Shown piece after piece: positions 37,808 to 46,394 of a stretch of 64,000 nucleotides of DNA (position 1 is its first letter; each line of letters starts with the position of its first letter). Origin of the DNA: Burkholderiales bacterium (GTDB taxonomy: Bacteria > Pseudomonadota > Gammaproteobacteria > Burkholderiales > SG8-39); the NCBI GenBank assembly GCA_035519135.1, contig DATIWX010000125.1:2576-66575 (forward strand), given 5' to 3'. The notes under the pieces were generated by a model, which saw only the letters and a program-made list of their open reading frames with translations, was not told where the DNA came from and made no database searches. The translations under genes were made by a program, and so were the position numbers.

Positions 37808-38938
37808 GTGGGGCCTTTCCGCGCCGATCAGGTCGGCAGCCTGCTGCGCGCGCCCGAGCTGCGCGCGGCCCATGAAAAATCCCTGCAGGGGCGGTACGGC
37901 GCGGCGGCGCTGCGCGAGCTGCAGGACCGCTGCATCCGCGACGTGATCCGGATGCAGGAGTCGGTCGGCCTGCAGGCGATCACCGACGGCGAATACCGGC
38001 GCACCTCGTTCCACGCCGATTTCATCGAGAAGCTGGACGGCGCACGAGCCGCCGGACGCCTGGACGTGAAGGACACCGTGAGCGGCTTCGATGCGAAGAA
38101 GGAAGAAAGCGGCAAACCCTTCGCACCGCGCGCCTTCGCGATCACGGGAAAGCTGCGCCATTCGCGCCCCATCGAGGTGGACAACTTCAAGTTCGTGAAG
38201 GCGAACACCCGCCGCACCGCAAAGCAGACCATGCCCTCGCCGACCATGCTCCTGCGCGGGGGCCGGGCGGCGGTGAGCAAGGAGGCCTACCCGGAGCTGG
38301 AGGAATTCCACGCCGACATCGTCCAGGTCTACCGGGAAGAGCTGCGGCAACTCGGCGAGGCCGGCTGCCGCTACGTACAGCTCGATGACACCAATTTCGC
38401 ATTTCTCTGCGACCCCAAGCTTGCCGAGACTTATCGTCGCGACGGCTACGATCTGGCGCGGCTGCCCGGACAATTCGCCGACCTGATCAATTCGGCGATC
38501 GCCGGCCGCCCGGCCGGGATGGCCGTCGGCATCCATATCTGCCGGGGCAACTCGGTAGGGCAGTGGGCGGCCCGCGGCGGCTACGAGCCGGTGGCCGAAG
38601 TGCTGCTGGGGCAGCTCGGCGTGGACGCGTACTTCCTGGAATACGACGACGAGCGTTCCGGAGGCTTCGAGCCCCTGCGTTTTCTGCCAAAGGGCTCGCC
38701 CAAGCGCGTCGTGCTCGGCCTGGTGAGCACCAAGGTCCCCGTGGTGGAGCCGAAGGACGTGCTGAAGCGGCGCATCGAGGCGGCGGCGAGGGTCGTGCCC
38801 CTGGAGAACCTGTGCCTGAGCCCGCAGTGCGGATTCGCCAGCACCTTCCGCGGCAATCCGATTTCGGAAGATGTGCAGCGCCGCAAACTGGAGCGCGTGG
38901 TGGAGGTTGCGAGCGAAGTCTGGGGTACGACTCTGTAA
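37808..38938 (+). CDS. Short (single-barrel) MetE-family zinc alkyltransferase-like protein
   Basis: 376 aa. The GTG at 37808 lies 2 nt after the LigB-like stop. Motifs include 'FRADQVGSLLRP', 'ITDGEYRR', and the Zn-site pattern 'IHICRGN ... YFLEYDD ... SPQCGFAS'. Confidence 0.85.
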   Translation: MGPFRADQVGSLLRAPELRAAHEKSLQGRYGAAALRELQDRCIRDVIRMQESVGLQAITDGEYRRTSFHADFIEKLDGARAAGRLDVKDTVSGFDAKKEESGKPFAPRAFAITGKLRHSRPIEVDNFKFVKANTRRTAKQTMPSPTMLLRGGRAAVSKEAYPELEEFHADIVQVYREELRQLGEAGCRYVQLDDTNFAFLCDPKLAETYRRDGYDLARLPGQFADLINSAIAGRPAGMAVGIHICRGNSVGQWAARGGYEPVAEVLLGQLGVDAYFLEYDDERSGGFEPLRFLPKGSPKRVVLGLVSTKVPVVEPKDVLKRRIEAAARVVPLENLCLSPQCGFASTFRGNPISEDVQRRKLERVVEVASEVWGTTL

Positions 38939-39109
38939 GGAATCCGAAAGTACTTTCAGCCGCAAGGCGTTACCCCGCGTGCTTGAAGAAGCACATTCAA
39001 TTGCTCGCCGCAGAGCTTGCTTTTTGCGCAATGCGAGTCTTTACCTCGCGTTTCGCGCAGTGTAGATTGACGCTCCCCCGATACAAGAACACGACAGTCC
39101 GAGTCCGAA

Positions 39110-40159
39110 ATGGCGTTAGAGCGGTCAGGCGCCGCAGTCGCGCGGCGACAGTCTTCCGGAGCTGAAGAGAGCGCACGCCTTTCCGCCCTGCGCGGCTACT
39201 GCGTCCTCGACACCGGACGCGAGGCGCGCTTCGACGACCTGACCTGCCTCGCGGCGAGCATCTGCGAGACGCCGCTTTCCCTTGTGAGCCTGGTCGATAC
39301 GAACCGGCTGTTCTTCAAGTCCGCGCACGGCATGGACATCCGGGAGGTTCCCTATCCGGATTTCTTCTGCGGCTACGCCATCCGCCAGCGCGATGTCTTC
39401 GTCGTTCCCGATGCCTCCCTGGATCCACGCTTCGCGAATCATCCTCTGGTGGCCGACCAGCCGCGCGTGCGTTTTTACGCCGGAGCGCCGCTGGTCACAC
39501 CGCAGGGCCACGCGCTGGGGACCCTGTGCGTGGCCGATTTCGTCCCGCGGCAGCTCGATTCCAAGCAGCTCGAGACGCTGCGCATCCTCGCCCGGCAGGC
39601 GATGTGCCAGCTGGAGCTGAATCTGCAGGCGATGCGCGACCCGCTTACCGGGATGTACAACCGGCGCCAGCTGGAGGAGAGCCTGCATCGCGAAGTGCTG
39701 CGCGCGCGCCGCATCGGGGCGCCGGTCGGAGTCATGGCGATAGACGTGGACCATTTCAAGAGGGTGAACGACACGCTGGGACACGAGGTGGGCGACAGCG
39801 CGCTGCGCGGAATCGCCGAGGAGCTCGCTTCGTGCGTACGCGAGGAAGACATTGCTTGCCGGGCCGGCGGAGAGGAGTTCGTCATCATTCTTCCGGGGAC
39901 GGGGAAGACGGCCCTGCGATCGCGCGCCGAGGCGGTGCGCAGGACGATCGAGCAGGCGAGCATCCAGGCGGAAGGGGGAACGATCAAGCTGACTGTTTCG
40001 ATAGGGCTCGCGAGCTTTCCCTCCTACGGCGACAGCGGGCAGGCGGTGCTGCGCGCCGCCGATATCGCCCTGTACAAGGCGAAAGCGGCGGGCCGGAATC
40101 GCGTGATCATGTGCGCGCCGAACAGCGTGCGCAGCTCGTCGCCGGCCAAAGCGGCGTAA
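39110..40159 (+). CDS. GAF-domain diguanylate cyclase (GGDEF)
   Basis: 349 aa. The N-terminal GAF-like domain ('RFYAGAPLVTPQGHALGTLCV') is followed by 'DPLTGMYNRR' and the active site 'RAGGEEFVIIL'. Confidence 0.88.
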   Translation: MALERSGAAVARRQSSGAEESARLSALRGYCVLDTGREARFDDLTCLAASICETPLSLVSLVDTNRLFFKSAHGMDIREVPYPDFFCGYAIRQRDVFVVPDASLDPRFANHPLVADQPRVRFYAGAPLVTPQGHALGTLCVADFVPRQLDSKQLETLRILARQAMCQLELNLQAMRDPLTGMYNRRQLEESLHREVLRARRIGAPVGVMAIDVDHFKRVNDTLGHEVGDSALRGIAEELASCVREEDIACRAGGEEFVIILPGTGKTALRSRAEAVRRTIEQASIQAEGGTIKLTVSIGLASFPSYGDSGQAVLRAADIALYKAKAAGRNRVIMCAPNSVRSSSPAKAA

Positions 40160-40255
40160 AATCGGTCTCCAGTTTCGAATCCTTCGCTCGGTCGCCGGGG
40201 AGCTTTCTCCCGGGCGATTCGACGCGCGTTTTCCGACCAAACCGGAGGAAGGCTG

Positions 40256-42553
40256 ATGGCTAAGGGTTTCAAGGGCCGGCGCGAAGACCTGAGGCTGGTC
40301 ACGGGGCAGGGCAAGTACACCGCCGACTGGAACCTGCCCGGACAGCTCTACGGCTATTTCCTGCGCTCCGACCGGGCGCACGCCGAGATCGTCTCGATCG
40401 ATACGGCTCAGGCGTCGAAGGCGCCCGGCGTGCTCGCGGTCTTCACCGGCGCCGACACCGCGAAAGCGGGATTCAAGTCCACGCCGAACATCGCGCGCTA
40501 TCCCGGGCGCGGCGGAGCGACCATCAAGGTGCCGCACCGCGACGGCCTCGCGAACGGCCGCGTGCGTTTCGTCGGCCAGGAAGTCGCGCTGGTGGTCGCG
40601 GCCAGCGCATTTGCGGCCCAGGATGCCGCGGAAAGAATCGAAATCGATTACCGCGACCTGCCGGTGGTCGTGGACGCCGAGGCGGCACTCGTGCCCGGCT
40701 CGGAGCAGCTCTTTCCGGAAATTCCGGGCAACCTGTGCTTCGACTACGAATACGGCGACGAGGCGAAGACGGCGGAAGCCTTCTCGCGCGCAAGCCACGT
40801 GACGCGCATCGAGCTCGACAGCCAGCGCATGGTCGGCAACCCGATGGAGCCGAAAGCCTGCCTGGCTGCGTACGACGCGGCGGCCGACCAATACCATCTC
40901 TACGCCAGCTCCCAGGGACTTTCGCTGATGCGCGGCAGCGCGAGCGGCATCACCGGAGTTCCGGCGGAAAAGATCATGGTCCACGCGCAGGATGTGGGCG
41001 GCGGCTTCGGCATCCGCTCCGACGCCTACAGCGAGTATTGCGTGGCGATGCTCGCGGCCAAGTCGCTGGGAAAGCCGGTGAAGTGGACCTCGACGCGCTC
41101 CGAGACCTTCGTTTCGGACTTTCACGGCCGCGCGGCGAAACTCGTCGGCGAGCTCGCTCTCGACCGGGAGGGGCGCTTCCTCGCCATCCGCATCCACTGG
41201 TTCGTGAACATGGGAGCCTACCTGTCCTCGCCGGGCGCGCTCATCAACACCCTGCCGCCGGGGCTGCACGCGGTGAACCTGTACCGCATTCCGGTGATGT
41301 ACGGGCGGCACCGCCTCGCGCTCACCAATACCACGCCGACCACGGCCTACCGCGGAGCGGGTCGTCCCAATGTGTGCTATCTCGCCGAGCGCCTGGTCGA
41401 GGAGGCGGCTCGCGAGATGAAGATCGACCGGATCGAGCTGCGCCGCCGCAACCTCATTCCGAAGGACGCCTTTCCCTACCAGACGCCGCACCCGCACTCG
41501 GTGTACGACAGCGGCGATCCGCCCGGGCTGCTCGATGAGGCGCTCGCGCAGGGGGAATGGAAGACCTTCGAGTCGCGTCGCGCCGAGGCGAAGAAGCGCG
41601 GCAAGCTGCGCGGCATCGGCTGCTCCGTCTTCGTCGAGCCGGCCGGGGCGGGAGGCGCGCCCAAGGAAGAGGCGATGATCAAGTTCGGCGAGTCGGGCAG
41701 CGCGCTGCTCTACGTGCTCGCCGGCCCCTCGGGGCAGGGCCACGAGACGGTCTACCCGGAAGTCGTCGGCGAGGCGCTCGGAATGGATCCGGAGAGGATC
41801 ACGCTGCGCGCGAGCGATCCGGACGGGCCGAAGCTCATCGGGGAGGGCACCATAGGCTCGCGCTCGATGATGGCGCACGGCGGCTCGCTTCTGGTCGCGG
41901 CGCGCGAAGTGATACGCAAGGGTACCGAGCTTGCGGCCAAGGATCTGGAGGTGGCGCCGGGCGATCTGGAGTTCAGGCAGGGCCGCTACCGGGTGAAGGG
42001 AACGGACATTTCAGTGGGCGTCGAGGATCTCGCCAAGAAGCATCCGGGGGCGCTCGACTCGGGCGGCGAGATTCCCTTGCCGCGCTCCTTTCCGAGCGGC
42101 GCCCATGTGGCCGAGGTCGAGGTCGATCCGGACACGGGCGTGGTGGCGCTCCTGCGCTACACGGCGGTGGACGATTGCGGCCGGGTCATCAACCACGTAC
42201 TCCTCGACGGCCAGCTGCATGGCGGCATCGCGCAGGGCATAGGGCAGGTGATGGGCGAGCACGCGATCTACGACAAGGACAGCGGACAGCTGCTGACGGG
42301 CACGTTCATGGACTACGAGATGCCGCGCGCCGACGGCATGCCGGAGATACGGTTGGTCGACCGCTCGATCCCTTCGCCGGGCAACCCGCTCGGCGTGAAG
42401 GGCGCAGGGGAGGCGGGGACGACCGGTGCCGTGCCGGCGGTGGCGAACGCCGTGATCGACGCGCTGCGGCACCTCGGCATCAATACGCTGGACTTTCCCT
42501 ACACGCCCGATCGCGTGTGGCACGCGATCGGGAAGGCGAGAGGGAAGGGCTAG
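40256..42553 (+). CDS. Xanthine-dehydrogenase-family molybdopterin-binding large subunit (CoxL/aldehyde-oxidase-like)
   Basis: 765 aa with a GGAGGAAGG SD site. It has an a/b-hammerhead N-terminus, 'DVGGGFGIRSD', 'TAYRGAGRP' and a C-terminal 'GVKGAGEAGT'. Confidence 0.9.
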   Translation: MAKGFKGRREDLRLVTGQGKYTADWNLPGQLYGYFLRSDRAHAEIVSIDTAQASKAPGVLAVFTGADTAKAGFKSTPNIARYPGRGGATIKVPHRDGLANGRVRFVGQEVALVVAASAFAAQDAAERIEIDYRDLPVVVDAEAALVPGSEQLFPEIPGNLCFDYEYGDEAKTAEAFSRASHVTRIELDSQRMVGNPMEPKACLAAYDAAADQYHLYASSQGLSLMRGSASGITGVPAEKIMVHAQDVGGGFGIRSDAYSEYCVAMLAAKSLGKPVKWTSTRSETFVSDFHGRAAKLVGELALDREGRFLAIRIHWFVNMGAYLSSPGALINTLPPGLHAVNLYRIPVMYGRHRLALTNTTPTTAYRGAGRPNVCYLAERLVEEAAREMKIDRIELRRRNLIPKDAFPYQTPHPHSVYDSGDPPGLLDEALAQGEWKTFESRRAEAKKRGKLRGIGCSVFVEPAGAGGAPKEEAMIKFGESGSALLYVLAGPSGQGHETVYPEVVGEALGMDPERITLRASDPDGPKLIGEGTIGSRSMMAHGGSLLVAAREVIRKGTELAAKDLEVAPGDLEFRQGRYRVKGTDISVGVEDLAKKHPGALDSGGEIPLPRSFPSGAHVAEVEVDPDTGVVALLRYTAVDDCGRVINHVLLDGQLHGGIAQGIGQVMGEHAIYDKDSGQLLTGTFMDYEMPRADGMPEIRLVDRSIPSPGNPLGVKGAGEAGTTGAVPAVANAVIDALRHLGINTLDFPYTPDRVWHAIGKARGKG

Positions 42554-42557
42554 GCTT

Positions 42558-44222
42558 TCACTTCGCCGGTTTCGATCCGGATTGCCGGGACGCGCCGGCG
42601 ACGAGGATCTCCGTCAGCACCCGTCCTTCGCTTCCCGAAGGCGGCTGCGTCTCGAGCAGGGCGGCGAGCGTCGGCGCGAGATCGACCACTTCGGCATAGC
42701 CTGCGTAGGATCCGGCGCGTATCCAGGGACCGCCGTAGAGCATGAGCGGCACGTTGGTGTCGTACGCATAGGGAGATCCGTGGGTCGCGGCGTTGCTGCC
42801 GAACATCGCGTAAGCGCGCTGTACCACGTACAGGTCCCCGCTCAGCTGGCGGTGCCACGCCCGCTGAACCAGCGTGCCCAGACGGCCGGGAAGCGCTCCA
42901 CCCTCGAGCTGTGTGCGCGTGTATACGGCGGCGATGCCCGGATAGTCGCCAACGATGCGCGCGGCAGCCGACTCCACTTCGGCGGCGGCGAGCTTCTTCT
43001 CCTCGATCAGCTTGCGGTCGAGAATGATCGTGGGGTACGAGTAGCGGAGCGCGTAGGCTCCCGCGCCGAAGCGCGCCGCGAGCTTCTCGTTCAGGTCCGC
43101 GAGCAGCTTGCGCGAATCGATATGCACTCCGGCGAAACCCTTCGACGAGCTGTACTCGGGTGCGTTCAGGAATCCGTGATCCGCGGTGAGCGCGATCAGC
43201 ACCTTGTCCGGTCCGAAGCGCTTCGTGAGGTAGCCGAAGAAAGAGGCAAGCGAGCGGTCGAGCTGCAAGGCGTGGTCCTGGGACTCACGGCTCTCCGGGC
43301 CGAATGCGTGGTTGACGTAATCGTGCGTCGAGAGGCTGACGCCCAGGAGATCGGGCACGCCGGCGGGGTTCCTGCCGAGGCTCTCGCCCTCGATCGCAGC
43401 GCGCGCGAACTCGAGCGTGGCCTCGTCGCCGTAGGGAGTCCTGATGAGCGCGCCGTAGTAGGCGGCGTCGGGCTTCCCGGGACCGCCCGGCAGGGCGAAG
43501 GGAAAGCGGTTTCCCATGCCGCGATAGTTCAGGAACCAGGGCTGGCCGTCGGCGATCGAGCGCGCGTACGCGGCCTCCGGCAAGGCGAGCGTCCAGGACT
43601 TTCCCAGCCAGCGGTCCTGAGGGCGGCCCGAGTAGAAGGTTTCCCACCAGCGCGGGTGCTCCTTCATGTAATAGGTGCTGCTCGCGAAGCGGCCGCTCCT
43701 GTCCATGTACATGTACGCGGTACCCGTCTTCCCGGCGAGCAGGATCGCGCCGCGGTCCTTGCCGGAAACCGTGAGAACCTTGGACTGCCCGCCGTTCGCA
43801 TAGCGCAGCTCGTCGCCCAGGGTACTGACGCGCAGGTTCGCGGGCGAGGTCCCGTCGAGCTTCTTCGTCTCCTCGCCAATGTAAGTGTGGGCGGGATCGC
43901 CGGTGCAGTAGGTCTCCGCGAGCGTCCTGGGATCGATCCACTCGTTGGCGATGATCCCGCTCTGGTAGGGGTAGGCGCCGCTGAGCACGGCCGTGTGCCC
44001 GGGCGCCGTAAGCGTCACCGCGTGCGCATGGTGGGCGTTGCCGAACCAGGCGCCTTTCTGCAGCAGCAAGTTGAAGCCGCCGGGCCCGAATTGGTCGCGG
44101 TACCTGAGGACCTGCTCCTGCGGCAGGCCGTCGATCACGATCACGACGACGAGCTTGGGCGCCGCGGCTGCGGCGGCGAAGGAGGCGAGCCCGAGAAGCA
44201 GCAGGAGGAAGGTGCGCCGCAC
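42558..44222 (-). CDS. Secreted alkaline-phosphatase-superfamily enzyme (PafA / nucleotide pyrophosphatase-phosphodiesterase-like)
   Basis: 554 aa with a signal peptide. Motifs include 'VVIVIDGLP' and the Thr-nucleophile motif 'TLTAPGHTAVLSG', plus 'LTADHGF'. It starts 2 nt after the MetE-like stop. Confidence 0.88.
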   Translation of the reverse strand: MRRTFLLLLLGLASFAAAAAAPKLVVVIVIDGLPQEQVLRYRDQFGPGGFNLLLQKGAWFGNAHHAHAVTLTAPGHTAVLSGAYPYQSGIIANEWIDPRTLAETYCTGDPAHTYIGEETKKLDGTSPANLRVSTLGDELRYANGGQSKVLTVSGKDRGAILLAGKTGTAYMYMDRSGRFASSTYYMKEHPRWWETFYSGRPQDRWLGKSWTLALPEAAYARSIADGQPWFLNYRGMGNRFPFALPGGPGKPDAAYYGALIRTPYGDEATLEFARAAIEGESLGRNPAGVPDLLGVSLSTHDYVNHAFGPESRESQDHALQLDRSLASFFGYLTKRFGPDKVLIALTADHGFLNAPEYSSSKGFAGVHIDSRKLLADLNEKLAARFGAGAYALRYSYPTIILDRKLIEEKKLAAAEVESAAARIVGDYPGIAAVYTRTQLEGGALPGRLGTLVQRAWHRQLSGDLYVVQRAYAMFGSNAATHGSPYAYDTNVPLMLYGGPWIRAGSYAGYAEVVDLAPTLAALLETQPPSGSEGRVLTEILVAGASRQSGSKPAK

Positions 44223-44224
44223 GG

Positions 44225-45259
44225 CTAGCCCGCGATCTCCTTGCGCACCTGCGCCGCGCCCGTGGCCAGGGCTCTCAGCTTACCCGCCGCGACTTCGCGC
44301 GCGAGCGGCACCATGCCGCAGTTGGTGCACGGGTAAAGCTTCTCCGCAGGCACGAATTTCATGGCGGCGCGGATGGTCGCGGCGACCTGCTCCGGTTTCT
44401 CGACGGCCTCGCTCGCCACGTCGATCGCGCCCACCATCACGTCCTTGCCCTTGAGCAGGGCGAGCAGCTCGAGCGGCACGTGCGAGTTCGCGCATTCGAG
44501 GGAGACCTGGTCGATCTTCGACCCGGCGAGCAGGGGAAAGGTGGATTCGTACTGGCGCCACTCCGAGCCCAGGGTCTTCTTCCAGTCGTTGTTCGCCTTG
44601 ATGCCGTAGCCGTAGCAGATGTGCACCGCGCTCTTGCATTTCAACCCGGCGGCCGCGGTCTCGAGCGCGGCGACGCCCCAGTCGCGCACTTCGTCCATGT
44701 AGACGTTGAATGCCGGCTCGTCGAACTGGATCACGTCCGCGCCGGCGCGTTCGAGCTCGCGCGCTTCCTGGTTTAGGATGGCGGCGAATTCGCGCGCCAG
44801 CTTCTCGCGGCTGCGGTAGTGATCGTCGTAGAGCGTATCCACCATGGTCATCGGACCGGGCAGGGTGGCCTTGATGGGCCGGCGGGTCTGGGAGCGCAGG
44901 TAGCGGATGTCCTCCACGTAGACCGGCCGCTTGCGGGCGACCTCGCCGACTACGACGGGAACATCGGCGTCGTAGCGGTTGCGGATGCGGACCGTGCGCT
45001 TGTGCTCGAAGTCCACGCCTTCGAGGCTTTCGATGAAGGTGGTGACGAAGTGCCGGCGGGTCTGCTCGCCGTCGGTGACGATGTCGATGCCGGCGGATTC
45101 CTGGTCGGCCAGCACCAGCCGCATCGCGTCGCGCTTGCCTTCTTCGAGCAGCGCGCCCTCGAGCAACCAGGGGGCCCAGAGCTTTTTCGGTTCGGCGAGC
45201 CACGCCGGCTTGGGCAGGCTGCCGGCGATCGTGGTCTGAAGCAAGTCGTTCCCGGTCAA
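44225..45259 (-). CDS. Short (single-barrel) MetE-family zinc alkyltransferase-like protein
   Basis: 344 aa. The TTG start overlaps the LigB-like stop (TTGA). Motifs include 'TTIAGSLPKPAWL', 'VTDGEQTR', and the Zn-site pattern 'VHICYGYG ... VSLECAN ... PCTNCGM'. Confidence 0.85.
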   Translation of the reverse strand: MTGNDLLQTTIAGSLPKPAWLAEPKKLWAPWLLEGALLEEGKRDAMRLVLADQESAGIDIVTDGEQTRRHFVTTFIESLEGVDFEHKRTVRIRNRYDADVPVVVGEVARKRPVYVEDIRYLRSQTRRPIKATLPGPMTMVDTLYDDHYRSREKLAREFAAILNQEARELERAGADVIQFDEPAFNVYMDEVRDWGVAALETAAAGLKCKSAVHICYGYGIKANNDWKKTLGSEWRQYESTFPLLAGSKIDQVSLECANSHVPLELLALLKGKDVMVGAIDVASEAVEKPEQVAATIRAAMKFVPAEKLYPCTNCGMVPLAREVAAGKLRALATGAAQVRKEIAG

Positions 45260-46092
45260 GCGCGGGCGCCTAGGTTCCAGGAGGCGAAGCCGCAGCCGAC
45301 GTAGACCTCGGGGCAGTTGCAGTAGCCGATCAGCTCGAATCCGCGGCGGCCGGCGGCACCGTGCGCCGCGACCCAGTTGCGGATCTCGGCCGCGCCGTTA
45401 CCGATGGTGGGAAGGCGTTCGTTCAGGAAGTCGACCAGGCTGCGCTCGTCGCCGGCTTCGAAATGGCGGATGCATTCGCGGTCGAAGGGTTCGTCGATCT
45501 CGCCCATCGTCGGCTCGCCGATCGAGTGGCTCAAGCCGCCCGTCGCGAGAAGCGCGACGCGAATATCCTCCGGGTAGGTACGCACCGCCTCCGCGAGCAT
45601 CGAACCCCATTGCAGGCAGCGCCGCACCGTCGGATAGGGCGGCTCGAGGTCGTTGAAGATGATCGGCACGATCGGGGGCAGGGGATCGAGCCCGCCCCGC
45701 CACAGCGGGATGCAGAAGCCGTGATCGAGGGTCAGGCGGTGAGACATCGACGGCTCGAAATCGCGCTCGAGCGCGGTCTCGATGATGTGGTGGGCGAGCT
45801 TGGGATGGCCCTTGATCTTCTTGTAGGGGCAGTCCTTCATCCACGGCTCGGCCGGACCGTCGTGCTCCTCGCCCATCCCGACGCAGATGCTCGGCAGGTT
45901 GTTGATGAAGAAATTGACCCAGTGATCGGGAGCGATCTCGATGAGCACGTCGGGCTTCGCCGCCTTGATGCGGCCGCCGATCTCGGTCATCGAGCGGGTC
46001 AGGGCGTCCTTGTTTGCCGCGCTCACGTCCTTCCAGCCGCGGATGATGAGCGGGGCGTGGCTGGAGGCGAATACGCCGACGAGCTTAGCCAT
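45256..46092 (-). CDS. Class III extradiol dioxygenase catalytic subunit (LigB-like)
   Basis: 278 aa. Motifs include 'MAKLVGVFASSHAP', 'VLIEIAPDHW' and 'LLATGGLSHSIG'. Confidence 0.88.
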   Translation of the reverse strand: MAKLVGVFASSHAPLIIRGWKDVSAANKDALTRSMTEIGGRIKAAKPDVLIEIAPDHWVNFFINNLPSICVGMGEEHDGPAEPWMKDCPYKKIKGHPKLAHHIIETALERDFEPSMSHRLTLDHGFCIPLWRGGLDPLPPIVPIIFNDLEPPYPTVRRCLQWGSMLAEAVRTYPEDIRVALLATGGLSHSIGEPTMGEIDEPFDRECIRHFEAGDERSLVDFLNERLPTIGNGAAEIRNWVAAHGAAGRRGFELIGYCNCPEVYVGCGFASWNLGARA

Positions 46093-46366
46093 GGCTGGAC
46101 CGCGCGGCCGACTCGGCTCCGGCGTTGCGCACTTTCTTCAGGAACTCGGTCTCGGGCATGCCGACGACGACGAAATAGAACCGCAGCAGGTAGGGATTGA
46201 CCCGCGCGGCGAGGAACACCACGTCATCGCGCTCGACCGCCTTGCGCACCTCCGGCTTGAGGGGATAGCGGTCGAGGATCTTCTTCCTGTCCGCGCGGTA
46301 CTCCTCGCCGAGGGGAGGAGAGCTCTGAAGATCGAAAAAAAGCTTGCTCAGCCAATAATCTCTCAT
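46085..46366 (-). CDS. LigA-like small subunit of extradiol dioxygenase
   Basis: 93 aa, overlapping the LigB-like start by 8 nt. The pattern 'YWLSKLFFDL...EEYRADRKKILDRYPLKPEVRKAVERDD...VNPYLL' parallels the protocatechuate 4,5-dioxygenase alpha chain. No obvious SD site. Confidence 0.7.
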   Translation of the reverse strand: MRDYWLSKLFFDLQSSPPLGEEYRADRKKILDRYPLKPEVRKAVERDDVVFLAARVNPYLLRFYFVVVGMPETEFLKKVRNAGAESAARSSHG

Positions 46367-46394
46367 GGGGCTGCTATTTTGCCACGGCAGGAGG

